DNA of 45,457 nt, the filler included, from Streblomastix strix (lineage: Eukaryota), in NCBI GenBank assembly GCA_008636045.1. It is 2 parts of 2 records of this genome, joined end to end, with 100 filler letters (N's around TTAATTAATTAA, not from the genome) between each part and the next. Parts side by side here need not be neighbours in the genome. Positions count along the whole stretch, not along the records: positions 1 to 22,691 come from SNRW01000313.1; 1 more part is not named here. One strand, written 5' to 3'. Positions within the stretch are counted from its first letter, which is position 1. Every line of letters starts with the position of its first letter. The notes beneath the pieces are model-generated. The model saw only the letters and a program-made list of their open reading frames with translations, did not search any database and was not told the origin of the DNA. The translations under genes were made by a program, and so were the position numbers. This document shows positions 1 through 15,700 of the stretch, piece by piece.

Positions 1-473
1 AAAGAAAAAGAGAAGGAATAGGAAAAGGAAAAAGAGAAAGAAAATGAAAGTGAAACAAAAATGCAAAAAGATTTGGAAGAGAAAAAAGAAACAGAATAAA
101 AAGAGTCTGCTATGATTATAGATTTGGAGAAAGAAGAAAAGAAAGAAGAAGAAATATTGATTGTCAAACAGCGTTATATACCCGTTCGCAGAGAATAGAA
201 GCACGGTGTTGTTGTGCTTGTTGGTATATTACTCTTAAAATTAACTTTCATATAAAATATTTTAAATTGATATTAATACTTTTATTAATTAAATTTTATT
301 AATAACATATTTATTTTTTAATTCAAATAGGAATTGGTGCAAGAAAGAAAGAAGAAGGGAAAAGCGATGGTTCAGGAGAGAAAGAATTTGTTGCAGCTTC
401 TGGAACAATTGCTGAGATGGATTAAGAACTACGCCCTCCAAAAGCCATATAACTAAAAGATGATGATTTGTGA
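1..473 (+). CDS. RPN2: 3' part of probable 26S proteasome regulatory subunit RPN2/PSMD1 (exons 1-223, 331-473; 5' truncated)
   Basis: With TAR=Gln: a KE-rich tract, then RYIPVRREQKHGVVVLV/GIG...EMDQELRPPKAIQLKDDDL-TGA(471-473). This resembles the RPN2 C-terminus (KE-rich insert, RY.P....GGII.L, terminal E..PP motif). A GT-AG intron restores the frame. Confidence 0.6.
224..330 (+). other. spliceosomal intron (107 nt)
   Basis: GTATATT...TTCAAATAG, extremely AT-rich. Removal joins G|GA and gives a continuous frame to TGA at 471. Confidence 0.85.
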
Positions 474-768
474 AGAAAGCATTGGATTGAACTATGAAAA
501 ATGGAGTATATCAAATAAATAGTACTGATATTACTAATATTAGCTCATAATGCTTTATTATTGAACACACTGAAGCATTTAATAATTTTTTTAATAGTTT
601 AAAAAATAATCATATAAACTCAAAAAAAGAGTTGTTTATTGTTTTAAAATAAGAACCTCAAACAGCTATGAGACTTAATATGAATAAAAGAAGATATAAC
701 ATTTCAAACAATAGTGAAATAGTGATTAATAAAAATTTATACATATTAAAGATCAAGAGGAAAATCTA

Positions 769-3700
769 TCAGACATGTGTAGTGAATGTGGTATTCAATC
801 CTTGGTCGTTTGGAAGAATAGTAATGTTGGTAGTATAATCATTTACACCTTGTGGAGGGGCTACAACTCTAGAATCCTATAAAAGACTTAAGATACAATT
901 AGAATTTGGACGGGTACCAACGAAAGAAGTATCTATTATCGCGGATTGAATATTTTGGAACCATCTTTCTGATGAAACCACATCACCACTAACTGTTACT
1001 AAGCTACCGTCCGCAGCGCGAATTACAATTCCTGTTCTCATAAATGGTAATTGAAATGCATTAACATTTGCAGCAGTAGAATATTAATTCAAAAAATCTG
1101 AAGCATCAGGTTGGTTGAGTGCTGATACATACTTATTTACATTTGGGAGAATATAAGAGATATTTTTGTTCTGATAATTGTCACTCAACTCTTTTTCTTC
1201 GGTTGCACCATCTGTATTACGAATTTCAGTTTATTCTTAATCGCGAGTTCTTTTATTAACTTTACTTTGGTTTCCAGACGATTATGCTAATCTGTAAGCG
1301 ACTAATTTCTTCTATTTTTGGTCAAAACCAAAGCCTTGAGGGCAGATAATTCGCATTCCACCTAAGAATGTGCCTCCAAACAAGCGAGATGAAAGACCAA
1401 ATGACATTTTTATCTTATTTTCAGAAATGAAAGCATTTATTAGAGTGACATTCTTATTACTAGAAGCTTTTTTCTGTTTTGATTGTTCGGATACATTGCT
1501 GGGAGCAATTTGTATCTATTGTGAAGTGTTTGATTTTGTAATAATTTCAGTTGAGCTTTAAAATGATCCCTAAACAGGGCTTATAGGGTTTGAGACTGTT
1601 CCAAACAATTAAACGTGAATTGCAATATCTGTGAGTGTTTTGAATGGTGCAGGAATAAGTATCACGGAGATATCTGCGAAAGATACTGGACGTACAGCTC
1701 TTGCATGAGTTCGCCCTCTACTAATCTATCTGAGTTTAGACTTAATTAAAAGTGCTAAGATCGACCGTCTTCGCTTCTATCGTTATTTCGCAATTGCAAA
1801 TAGTATTTGTTGCTCAGCATTCTCACTATTTTCTTAAGTCCACTATTATCCAGCGTTTGTAAATTATGTTATTGTTGATAAAATTGAAGCAGACGTCACA
1901 ATACGTCTATTTCTGAATGATCCAAATTCATAATTTTATTAATTTCCACTTCTGTTTTTAGACAAGCTATCCAATTGAAGAAGTTTAAGTGTGCTGAATG
2001 AATCTGATAACATCGATGAATTCCTTCTAAATGATTATTAGTCCACTAAGCTTATTTTACTGCGAGAAGGAGTCATATGCATATGTTACGGCAGATTTAT
2101 TGACCTTAATGTTGAACTGTCTCCTTAGTAAAGATGTTCCCATTTCTCCCTATTTATTGATCCTGATCCAATTATTGAACCAAATGAGCTCTTATTTCCT
2201 TAAGTAGAAAAAGATGTTTAAGATTATGGCATTGATTGAATTCTTTGGATGGATTCTAAAGCAATTCTAGCAAATGCTGACGAGAAGATATTAGCACTTG
2301 AAGCAAAATTGATAAGCGCATTTTATTTCCGTCTTTTCCGTTCTAAGCGTCGAATATCTAGAAGCCCCCCAGATTAAACAACCATCAGTTTTAATATTAA
2401 TTACATAAATGCTGCTCCAAAACCTGTTTTAGCTTAATTTATTTTTTCTCCCCTTTATTATTAAATTGAAGTTGATATTTATTTATTCGAATCATAAATA
2501 TTATTTGATTCAATTTAATTATTTTAATTTTTAGGTTAATTCGGATTTTATTCAGTTTCTATGTTTATTCTCTCTTAATTTCCCTCATCAGAGTGAGAAA
2601 ACAATGAAGTGTTATAGTGCATATCAATTTAGCTTTGATTCTAAAGCATTTTTTGAATCGTTCGAGCCAATTCTTATCTTATTGAAACAAAGAATCCTCT
2701 TCCAACATATAATAGTCCAGGGAATATACCCAGTGATTTGTTTAAGGCTTCTTCACCCTATGAAATAAGAGAACTTGTGCCGATTGCTCGCTTATTAAGA
2801 CCCTATTAGCACAAATGAAGAGTTAAATATGAAAATAATAATAAATAAATTAAAAAAAAAATAATATTTACAAACCTTCAAACGTTGTGATATTGGAACA
2901 AATGAGAAGAAGCGATGCAGTTATTCAAGACGACCAGTGATGTTATTTACAAACGGTACAAGTTGAGATCGAGTTCGAGATCCTTCATCAACATCCTCTG
3001 CATATTCTTTCCCTCTTTATATCCTCCTTATCTGAATTGCATAAGTGTTATTCTGCACTTCATGAGGAGATAGTGCATGCCATGCTGTTGGAGCTTCTCC
3101 TTTACTTATTGCACACCATGTATCTATAAATGATGGTGAGTATGTTATCACATTCAGGTTCATTTCTGGGTGAATGGCACTTCCTGCTATAATCTGGAAA
3201 TCTCTCATTGAATCAACGGCTGTTGCTACTGTCCTTCTTCCATCTCCTAAAAGAAGTAAAATAACCGCATTTGAATCAGCTACACTTGAAATACCAATTT
3301 CTTCTCTATCCAACTGTTTTAAATGATCTTAGCTTTGAATATAGTCATAAGGATCTTGTTCTAATCGAGGAGTTAATCTAGATTTGGAGGGAAATGCAAT
3401 TGATGAACTCTAATTCCTTAATTATGGTAATGCTTGTAATTGCATTAATGACGGAGATCTTTCAATCAATCCCATATTCGCTAATTCTTGTGCAAATGCA
3501 GCACCCGATTAAATAGTTAATGGTCCTTATCCAATTGACTACCTTCTTTGATTTCTTTATGGGTTTTGATGATCAAATTAATGTGATTAATATATTTCAT
3601 CGTCCATGTTTTCAGAAGTTGATGACGAACGACTTCTTATTTATGAGCTAAATTATTGTGTTGCTAATCGCTATTTAATTGGAGCAGATCTACTTAATTT

Positions 3701-6700
3701 CACTAATTGTTATACATGTACCATAAATTCTTTAGTTGCAGAGCCAAATGAAATGAGTGATGTATTATTTGATGAGCTTAATATAGATTTAAGAAAAGAA
3801 GGAACAGCTGAGAGGAAAGCGTGTATTCGAGCAAGGATGACATTAGCTGCATTTGCTTCACGCAGCATAGACATAGCAGTTGGAGGAATATTGTCTTCAG
3901 ACATGCATACTGCTTATACAACTGCAGTAAGAGCTTCAACATTAAATAATCTCCCTTAAATAATTTCTAATAATTCGTCACAAATACAAACCACAATCGC
4001 TGGATGATAAACAGCTGTCTAAGACGAAATAACAGAATTCATTCTTGATTCAAGTATAAATGGTCTTTCTGATATCATTAATCTCATGAGTACTGTAGAA
4101 AACAGAGAATACTATACATTCTAATTCCATATGTCTAAATTCAAATCGTATATTTAATTTGTTGTTGTAGATTATATCAAAGACTAAAGTCGATCTTTGC
4201 TTCCAATTGTAAATCTTAGCAAAGATCCAACAATTGATGAATGAGTCGATTCCTTTTCTTTCATACGCAATGCAGCATAGTGAATATCTGATGAATTAAT
4301 GACATTTGAATTTAAAACAGCGTGAAGATATTAATTTAAATCTGTAAAATAGGTTTCTTATAAAGGATTGGGAATTCCAGGAAATACTAGCGAACCACCC
4401 ATAGCAGAAAAAGATCTTTATTATAAAAGCGAATTTATAATATTTTGTAATATTTATGGAGGAATACAGCCATTTAAATGAGGATAAACTCTATTTAAAA
4501 TATTATCTACTAATTTTATCCAAACCCAAGAATCACTGAATGAAACATTTGAAGAGTTTTTAAGACCTCTTTTGTATGTGGTACCTTGATTGGATACAGT
4601 TATCATCACAATTCTAAGCAATGATGAGAATGCATTTTCATTGAATGCATGTGGAGGATTGTTCAATGTTGATCCTCGAGTTCTCGCATATTCCCCTAAC
4701 GTTGTGTGAATACAAACAAGAATGAAGAGTAAATGAACTATAAGTCGGTAAGGTAAGGATTCTCGTGTTGCTGTATTATCATAATATCGAGCTACATTTC
4801 CAATTTTATCTGTGGGACATTTTCTAATTGCATCGATTATGTTTATACAAAGACTTGATCGGAATGTTAATGGTCTTCGTAAAGCCACTTTTACTGTGTA
4901 ATAGCCAAATCTTCCAGATAATTAACTATAAATTGGAGAGAGTGGCGATGAATATATATATTATGGTATTACTAACCATAAAACAAATCGTTCAGCATTT
5001 TGAAAATCTGCACTACTGTACTTGTGCGTCAGTTCAAACCTTTTCATGGCCCATTCACGGAAGTTTCTTACAAAAGAGAAAGATGCATGTGAAAGTCCAT
5101 CAAGAATAACCCATCCTCCAGCATTGAATTTTTATTGAAGGATCTATTCCGTCTCATTCCACACAGTTTACCACAAGAATTGAACATATTCATCGTCTTT
5201 TTGATATAAATCCATTGCAATTTCTTTTCCAATATCTGATTTCTTATTATCAGATTTTTTATTTAATATTTTCTTCTATCCAATTTCTTCTTCTTATTTC
5301 ATTAAACTTTTGCGACGAGCTTCTTTTTACTTCTTCTAAACTCCTCCTAATTCAACCATATGTCGAACAGTCCTATATTATTCAATCACACTTATTACTG
5401 TTACTTATTAAGTGCTGTGTATATGTGACAATCTTTTTATATCTCTAATTACTCTTGTTGTACTCGCACTTTACGAGAATTTAGTTCCTATTGTTGCAAG
5501 TGTTACAATCATCCCATTTCGTGTTGGCCTGTCTTTGAATAAATGAGCCATTTTCTAACTGATATTCTCAGGAACTTGGAAGATCTACTCTAATGATGAT
5601 GGTCCAAGATATGCATATGTATTTGAGTACAGGACTTGAACTTTCTGCCCAACATTGGTTTATGCTCCACGTGCAGCACCTCGTTTATTTTGCATTCCAG
5701 TGTCAGTTTATACGTTTATTACTCTATTTGCTCGAACTTGTGGCAAAGAGCTTGAAAAATATGCAGCTTCAATACCAAGCATTGGTTATGATGCGATTAA
5801 AACCTTCGCAGCATAATGGACTCGATATGGACACAGACAATTTAAAAGGATTAATCTCTAAAATGGATTCAAAGTTGATTGAAGGGTCTAATTAGGCAAT
5901 TCAGCCAATTCTGGTCTTTCATCATTAATCCAATCAATCCAAGCTTTCTGTTAATTAGTCATATTAATAACTCCAGTTCCTGTTTCCTAATTAGATCCAT
6001 CAGAAGCTAATTCTGTCACACCACTTCCAGATTAATGTTATTTTCCAGTTTATTTTGTCATATTTGCTACAGCTTCATTGTCCACACGCCATGCTTTTAC
6101 TCTTGATAAAATATCATTGAATTTTAGTGCATGAATACTTAAATTATCATCAGATCTATTAATCATTCTTTGATAAGCACCCTATTTTTATATATGAGAC
6201 ATTTATTCTTTATTTTATTCATCTAAATACATTCTGTCTTATCCTTCATAATTATTAAATCCATCTCCAATATCTTCTCCTGTAGATCCACTATCAGTTT
6301 GAAGAGAACTTAACTTAGTCATATTATGTCCTTTTTACAGTTTAACACTTGACTATATAAGATTTCCACTTCCAGTTTTGAATAAATGCTAATCTTATTC
6401 GAACCCTCCTAAAATACTATCATTTCCAGAAACTTGTATTTCAGAAATAATTGAATCAAAGTTCTTACTTGTTATAGCAAATCCATCCGAATCAGCAATT
6501 TGAAGAGCAGCTTCATCACTCGCAGCATTGTCTGAAAAGATATCAAATTCTTAAGCACCTCGTTTGCTTGCTTCTCGAGCAGAGCTAACTCTTTTTATAA
6601 TTTCAAATACAGTATTACTTGAATGATTAACATCAATGTTTAGATTGCGATCAATCATATTATAGACATTTGAAGCATGTGGATAAAGATCTTCAACTAA

Positions 6701-9700
6701 AGGTCTGAAAATGGGACATACAGCTGCTAATACGAATATATTCTTCCATAGTGTTGTAGGGAGCCAAGCAGACACTGGATTCTGAGGGATATAACCAGAC
6801 ATTTAGAGAAGTGCAGTTTGTGCAGGCATATATTATCTAATCATTTCCATGAATAGAACACTTTGAGGCTCATATTTAATTCTATCTCTCTAATGAAATG
6901 CCTGACCAGATTAATGATTTCCTGTATTATACTGACTTGTTAACTATTGTTCTAATGATTATTGAATTTATAAATCTGCTTATTACGATTATTTATTGTT
7001 TTAATCCTCATTAATATTAAATGTATCAGGAAGTGAATGAATTAAAAGAGTGGTTGGATATAATAATAAATCTATTTCGTATTAAGAAAGATAATCTCTA
7101 TCTTCTTTCATTCGAGATAATTTCAGAGCTATATACATTAATATTGCAATATAATCACCCTCTGAAGTAACTTAGGCTTAAATTCTTGAAATATATCTTT
7201 GACAGCACATCTCAATTACATTCTATTTGAGTTTATCTTATATACCAATTGGAGATGTTCTCGGATCTTTCATTTGAAACATGTTCATCAAAATCTTTCT
7301 TTTCGTTAAGCCAATTTATTTCGCTTATCCAATTCCAAATTATGAAGGAATGTTATTGTTATTATTTTTTAATTAATATGAATATGAATTAATTTAAAGT
7401 GATTCTGAACTTGATGCAATATTATTGAAAATAGAACTATTACGCCTTGATTTCTTTAAAAGTGCATCAGCAAATACACTTTTTTGTTTTCTTTCTTGAT
7501 TGTTTTCGTCCAGTTTATTCGTATTTTAATTACCAGTGTTCATTTCATTATTACTAAATTATTATGAGTTATTCTAAAATTAATTAATAATAGATTTATT
7601 TGACTAATAATCTCTTCTATTTAATTATTACAAATTATTATTATTCTCAATTAATGTATCATCATCTGAACTGTTTGAATTTTCATCTTCAGTTTGTCTT
7701 TCATCTTCATCATCATCCTCATCATTTCCTTCCCAAATATCCTTCACTCTTTGATCTCCTGATTATAATCCTCTCATTTACTATCCAAGAATCGCATTAA
7801 CTACCCTGAGAATATCTCCTAAAATGTGATGGAATTGTTCATATCCCCAAAAATTAGGTGAATTTATTGATACTGGATAACCAACCATTCTTATTCTCCC
7901 AAAGCTGAACATTGCAACAACATCTGCTAATGGTCTAATGTGATACGCTTCCCAGACAAGACAAAAATGGAGCCATTAAAGAGAATCCAACATTCTATTT
8001 TTCTGGAGTTTAAATATTGAATTCTTCTCTTTCAATTTCTTGATATTCTACGAAAGAGTTTCTGCTTCTTTTTAATTCCAAGCGAGACTATTAATAATCA
8101 TTGTTAAAGCATTCTCCATTAGAATAATCCTCTCTAATGTCTTTGTGCATTCAGATTGATCATCTTGTATTGTCTCAAGTAAAGGATCTTTTGAGTTTTT
8201 AGAGAGCGCAATTGATCTAGATTCTTAATTAATATTATATCCCTTCTTTTCATTCACAATTTATTATTATTATTCCTTTTCCAAATTTCTTTCCTTTTCT
8301 ATTTCTTATTCTAAGTGCAATCTGGTATCTCCAGTGAATGTTGATGCTGAAAATTTAGAAGCTGTGGTTTGAATTACTGTTGGAAGGGTTAAGAGTTTAG
8401 AATCAAATAGGAATCCATATATTTTTTATATATGTCGTTTTTAATCAACAAATCTATGCAAAGTACCTCCTTAAAAATCATTTTATCCTTATTCATTAAA
8501 TAGAGATTTTATTTCGATTCTATTTTTTATTTTAAATGAACCTTATTATTACATCTTGACAGATTTATCTAAAAAATTTAGTGGTGGCTTTGTCTCGGAA
8601 GAACTCGAATTTTGTTTTGTCAATAATTCATTTTATTTGTTTTAGTTTTGTTATTCTTCTTGTTCTTATTCTTCTTCTTTAGCGTTATCTTATAATTAAA
8701 CTTTCTATTGTCGTACTTAAGGTAATAAAAATGGTATTACAGCTTTCTCAAGGAGAAATGAGAACTCATCTGAAGAGCATCCTTCATCCACTTTTAAATG
8801 AGGAAATACATCTCTTCTATTGAGAATGTTTAATGACTTTTAAAGTCTATCTTTGTGTACTTCAAGTTGGGTTTCTAAGAGAGCTGTTCTATGTTATGTA
8901 GGAAAAAGAGAATCAATGTTATCATCATCTGCAGTCATTTCAGAGTCAATTTGTCCAATATTTTATGTTCCTTAGTTTTTTCCAAATATCTGAGAGGGAT
9001 CATTATTAAAATATGACACATTAGGCGAATTAGTAAATTAATAAGCACTTTAATCATTATATGACCGTTAAGATGGTAAAGGTATAGATTCAATAATTGA
9101 ATTAAAGGCCCCATTGTGATGAAGTTATTTAGATACAAATTCCCCAATTTCTATAGAAGCCCCAGCTCGAAACAATTCTTCATTTGGAGCAATAATTATT
9201 GGATAGCAAAGAGAATTCCACATCGAAAAGAATGAACATCCAGGTCCCATTTTAGCAATTAATATAATTACTGTGTCTGGTGGAATATTAAACGATTGAA
9301 GTGATTTTGTGTCAACATCATCGTTTTCATCAATATTTTCAAGTTCAATAGAAATTGGTTCTGGATGCAATATTAATGATGGAATTATTTATTAAGAAAG
9401 CTAGTCTTTATAATAATTATTTCTTAAGTCCGGCGTTGAATTAACATATAGTTAACCCAATTATCTTTATTCTCTAAGTGGAATATGTGCATTTTAAGAT
9501 TATTAATTAGTTTAATTAGTGTTTTTAGATTATTATAATAAATTTAATGCATATTATGATGGTTAATAACCACTATTATCAATCTTTGGTGCTGTTCCAT
9601 TTGTTTAATTGGTTTGCAAATCTATTTATTTCGTTTATTAAATCTACGATTATTATTTCATTAAGTCTTTAGGATTTGGCTTATTTGCATTTTAATTAGA

Positions 9701-12700
9701 AGTATTTTTTTTATCATCATCTGTGCGTCTAACAACTTGCCTAACTTTTGGTTTAGTAGATTGTTTAGCTCTTGAAGATTTTTAAGCATCAACTCCACCT
9801 TAAGTATTAATGTTTTCCTAATTTTCTAATAAAATAATATTTGATCCTTCCCTATTTTAACTCACATTTTTTGGAGTCGGTCTTGACAATATTCCTGATT
9901 TATTCATTGGAGATTTAATTTTTTTAACTTTATCTTCTTAATCCTATTTATTTTCTTACTCTAAGTCCATTTATGATAGTTTACTTGTAATTATTTGAGT
10001 TTATCCAGATTAAACTTATCTTCTCACTGTCGGCATTACAGAAGGATCTTAAATTTTTAGAATTGATTGTGGTGTCTAATCTAAGGATGATTATTATTAT
10101 GTGTAAGGTTAATAATTTGATTTTTTTATTTCTTTCAGTAAATCTTCTTATTATTGAATATTAATACCTACTGTACGGCAATTTGTAAATTTATTAGCAA
10201 TTTGCTTTAAAAAATTAAACATTCGCTCATCAACAGTAGAATCACAAACATCAGTAATGAAAATAGCTTTTATCCTCTTCTCCTATTATGTGTTATGAAT
10301 TTGCTCAAAAAAACTTCTTGAAATCGCCTTTTTTAAAGATTTTTTCTTTGCAATCATCACATTTTAAATTTCAACTTATGAAACTTCTTTAAGTGCTTAT
10401 ATAATCTTTTTATATGAATCAGTATTAGATAATGACACAACTAAGGGTGAAGTAGATGGATGTTACACTCCGAAGAGTTTGAATATACTGTTTCTTCCTG
10501 CTGTTTTCATTATACCTCCGCTTTTCAATCCTGTGATAACATCGAATTAATCATAAATAAGTGGAAAATGAAATAATGGTTGAAAATAATCTAAAAATTG
10601 ATGTTAAATTGAGTTTTCAAATGCTGGGAGTTGTAAAATATAATCTAATCGGAAATGTTAGTGTAATATTCCAGTAGCGAACAATATACGCATAAATACT
10701 TCCAATAAATGTCTTTACTGTCCGCTATAACTAAATCTGAATGGGCGCTCAAATATATTCAACTTTTAAGCTATTTAAGCAAGTTAATCAGGAAAGATTT
10801 AATTATTATATTTGTTTTATATTTCTGTTCCTGGTGCTGACAAAGTATTATCTCCATCATTTTAATCTCCGTTATCTTAATTGATATCCTTAGCAAGTTC
10901 TTAAGCAGATCTTGTATAAATAGATTAATTATTCCCATAATTATCACAAAATAAGGATAATTATGGTGAAACACGATCAATAATCGAATATGGAACATTA
11001 ATGAGAGAAAGTCCATGACCTGCTAAAATTGATTAAATAGAATGAAGTAATATATGAGAAGAAACTCCTTATTACTAAGCCTCTTTAAGAGATGCTTATT
11101 ATTGTCTCTGCAAATTGAACGAAAATTGCCATTTTTACATTAACTTTGATAACTGCAAATAATTTGATTAAGGTTTTTGCAAAGATAATTATGTAACATG
11201 AGCAAACGATACAATTGAATTTATTTATGAAATAGTTTCATTTAATTGTAATCCTAACAAATTAGTATAATTATCATTCTTGAAAAATATAGACGATGAT
11301 CGACTTTTATAACCTTATATTTTCACTTCTTCATTAATTTAATTCGGGAATATAATGCTCAATGATTTCTAATTCGAAGTCAATTTCAAATTTTATAAAC
11401 TTATATAGTCTTCTTGATTAGTTTATTAATTTTATTCACGTAATTATACATATTTTAATCTGTCTTCTACACTAACAGCTCTGCTTCTACGTGATTAACT
11501 TGCAGTTAGTTATTTATTCCCTATTTCAAATACATTTTCAGCAACACTGGGTAATTCTTTCGTTTAATTAATATTTAAATCTGGATTTTTCCATTGAATT
11601 TCATTTTATCCGAGCGTTTGACTCCAAGATTATTACTCATTATTAATATCCATTTTCTCATGTGATTATTTTCTTTATGGTGTATTTTTATCAACTCCAA
11701 ATTCTACTTTTTTCTATTCTTATTCTTCTTTTCCATATTATTAATATTACTTTTATTCATTGTGTTTATTAAAAAAAGATCCACTTTTAGAACTTATGAA
11801 GCTTGTTATTGATTCTCTATCAGTTATATCTTCAGATTATGCACTTGAAATCGTAACAAGAGAGAAAATATCATCCTTTTTTTGATCTTCAAAGTCGTCT
11901 TTTTCACTCAAACCATCGTCAATTTCTTCAAAGTAATTAGAAAGGTTTTGATGTATTCGAGAAGGTGTTAAAGGAGTATCAATATCATAATCTACAACAT
12001 TTTATTCATATTGTTCAGAAATCAAACTATCAAAATTAAGATGGGATAAGAATGCAATTGGGTCTCTATCATTAGAAATAGGAATTTAAGATAACATAAT
12101 TGTTGGGATAACATGTTCTTATATAAAAATGCGCCTAATTTCCATTGGAAATTGGTAGAATATAAAGAAAGAAGCTGCAAGAATAGAATCTCCAATACAA
12201 GTATGCAACTCTTTATATGCCCGAGCTAGATCATTGTTTGTTGTTGATTCAATTTCTTGTAATTCAATCAGCAATTTCTCAGAGTTAAGAACGATTGATC
12301 TTGATCGTTATAGTGCTTCATTTATTAGATTCGGATTCTCAGTCAATTCTTATTTTATATTTTTTGATCTAATTATTTCCTTATCTAAATCAATTATCTT
12401 TCTTTTTAATCTTTTCTATCTTGCTTTAAAAATGACTTATTTCACAATAGTTTATATGTAATCTGAGAGGCCATTCTAACCTTCATCATCATTTCTGCCC
12501 TCAAGAGCAACAAAAACAATTCCTCTTAACCATTTAAATAATACATTAGCGAATATAGGCTCTTAAGGTAGAACATCCCAAGTATATGCAACTTCCAAAA
12601 GCATATTAATTTCTCGAACAATATTATATGGAACCGAAAATACATCTAATGACCAAAGACTATCTAATATTGTACTAGGCGAGCAAATGCCAAATAATAA

Positions 12701-15700
12701 AGCTCTCTCTTTCTCATCACCACGTACAACTAACAGAGAAACAAGTTCAAAAAGCTTCAATATTGAATAACTAGATTCGCCCATCACTACATTTCCAATG
12801 CCAATAGCACGAATTTGTTGGACGCCATCTTGGGTTAATTATCTCAAGCTTTGCATTGCATCTTCAGCAGCAATCTTCGCTTTTTCAACCTAATGAGGTC
12901 TTACAAATCCTCCATTTAAATTATTTTCAAATTTCTAAAGATTTATCTAATTTCTTACCAATTCTGAATCGAGATCTCGTAATTCTCTTGTTCGAATATG
13001 AACTACATAATGAAGGTTAGCTATTCTATATTCATACTGTTATGCTACATTGATGCTTTAGAAGAGAGTTGTAGATTAATCAGTTGTTGTCCTCAGACGT
13101 TCAAGTTTCTTTTTAAATACAGACAGAATTGTGAGACTTGAAACAAGTTTAGATATGAGATGTTACTAATACTTTACACTGACATATAGAAAATGGCCAA
13201 AATATTACACAAAATCAATAAGCTGTGAAAATGATGGTCGATCTACAGTAAAAGTTCCAATAACTGGATCTTTGCCATTGTGACACCAAGTATTTTTTTC
13301 TGCGCCTTACAATTCTGATAATGAACAAGCCTTCTGTTAGATCTATGTAAGTGATTCGATTATTGCAACTGCTAATATTCGCTGTTTTTTATTCAAAGAT
13401 CCATCTTTGCTGAAAGCTGATATAAATTAATTATTAAATCCTTCTACATCGATCATATTCAGTTAATCATCTTCATTCTCTTCATTTGATTTCCTAAATT
13501 TTATTTAATTATTTGTTAATTATTTTATCAATTAACCAGCAGATTATCTAATTGATACAATACTACCCGTGGATCCAATTGCCATCGATGAAGATATTTT
13601 GGTCCCATTTACTGCTGCTGCAGAAGTCTATGTTGTGATAAAAGCAGGAACCTCTTCAGATATTAAATATGAAGCTAAATTATGTAAGATTGGCTTTAAT
13701 GTATGAAGAGCCATCTCTTTGAAGCTTTCAGCATCCATTATTGGAGTATATATGAGAGTCCAAACATTTTTGAATTAGGCAAGGAAAGATTCTGCATTGA
13801 TTTTGTTATTAATGCTAACAGTAAAGACTAATCTACTGTTTCTCACCAGATTATATAACACTTCTTTCATAATTGATGAATTAACTTTATTTATTTTTCT
13901 TTTCAAACCCAAAAAATATGTAATTCGACCATAAAGATATTCCAAGTGCACTTCTGGATCTTCTTTCCTACTTCTTATTTCTCTTGCTTTTAATGAATCA
14001 TGCAAAAGAGGTTAGAAAATTTTATTATCAAAGACTGATGATATTTACATTCCATAAAAAATTTCAAATAGAATATAACATATGAAACTTAAAGCAGAAT
14101 CAGGATTGCCAAGTTATACAACAAAAAATGATTTCAACTTAGCTGGATAATTTGTGAGTTTTTCCATCCCAAACTACTATACATGATTTAAAATTCTTTC
14201 ATAGTGCTATTGATCGAGTGTTTTTGGATCGATATACTTCTCAATTTCACTATTATTATCCATGAAGTCGTATTAATTATTGAAATCTTCTTCTTTTAAT
14301 TAATCAATTATTGAAATCTAAGAAGTTGAGATTGAAGCTCCCCATCTATGAGGAATCTAAATGCCAGGAGTTGATTATCTATGATTATTGAGTGCTTCAT
14401 TTTCATAAAGAAATATTCCTTATTTTGCTATATGCTTATTTAACTTACATTGGTCAAAGTACAATAATGATCCTTTATCGTTGAACCCATTCTCCACAAT
14501 AAACTCTGCTAATATGTCTAAAAATGTAGATATACGAGATAATTCAAATGGAAAATCACAAAATGTTACTTTCTTATTCAATAATCTACTTCCAACTCTG
14601 AGAAAATCTTGTCCGTTCCTCCCTTCTGTATCAACAATAAATAATGGAGTAGAAGATTCTTATAAACTCTCCACTAACTGCATAAATGTCCTTTAAAGAG
14701 TCTGTGAGAAGGCCAATTAACCAACATGATTGAATGCTTATAAATCTTCCTTATCAATAAATTCATTCTCATTAACTAATCCATCTTCTTAATTTTCTTC
14801 ATTTTCTTACGCATGTTTGATTCGCTTGTTTCTGTCCTCATTTGGATCTTCCATAAGCATCTCATGAAGTTAAATATTAGCTGGAATAATTGATGTGTCG
14901 ATAACTGTTGCTCTCTGACTTGAATTTGGACTGAATACATCAAATTGTAATCTAAGAATTCCATCAGATGTTAGAGTTTCATTGTCACCTATTTCAAACC
15001 CATCAACTTACTCTACTAAATCCTTGCTCATATTTGCACTACCTTAACTTTGAATCTTGCTTTATTAATTATCATTCGCTACTTGCATGCCTTCTAATTG
15101 TTTTGTTGAATTGCTATCCACTTCTTATTTAGTTTTTCCAACTTATGTTTTATTTATTTCTTCCAATTATTATTTCTCTCCTTATTTTTATTCTTTATCA
15201 ATTTGATTTTTCTATTATTCAGGAGAATTTAAATCAAGACTTTTTAACCTTCTAAATCCCTGAAATCTTTCCAATCTAATATCAACGAATTGTGGGAAAA
15301 ACATTCTGAAAGCATGATTGCATGTTTCGAGAACATACAACTGCATCCTGCGAGTCGGTTGGCATAACACATACATCCTCTCACATTCCCACAACCAAAG
15401 TGATGAGAGAGCAGCTTCATCGAAAATAACGGATGTGTTTGCATTACATACAGCACGAAGAACATTCACAAATTACGTCAGTGTTGGTTTTTCTTATCCA
15501 ATGTTCCCATTCAAAAGATGCAAATAGACATAAATAGTAGCAGGAAGTATGTTACCAAAGTAGAATCTCTTCCTACTTACAGATATAATTCCATCTTCTC
15601 CTTCTTCATCACTTTCATCGTCTCCTTGTACACCAGAATTCTCTGTTTATGATTAAGTCCCACCTCCTTCAGATTTTTATGATATACTGTCTGCTTTTTA

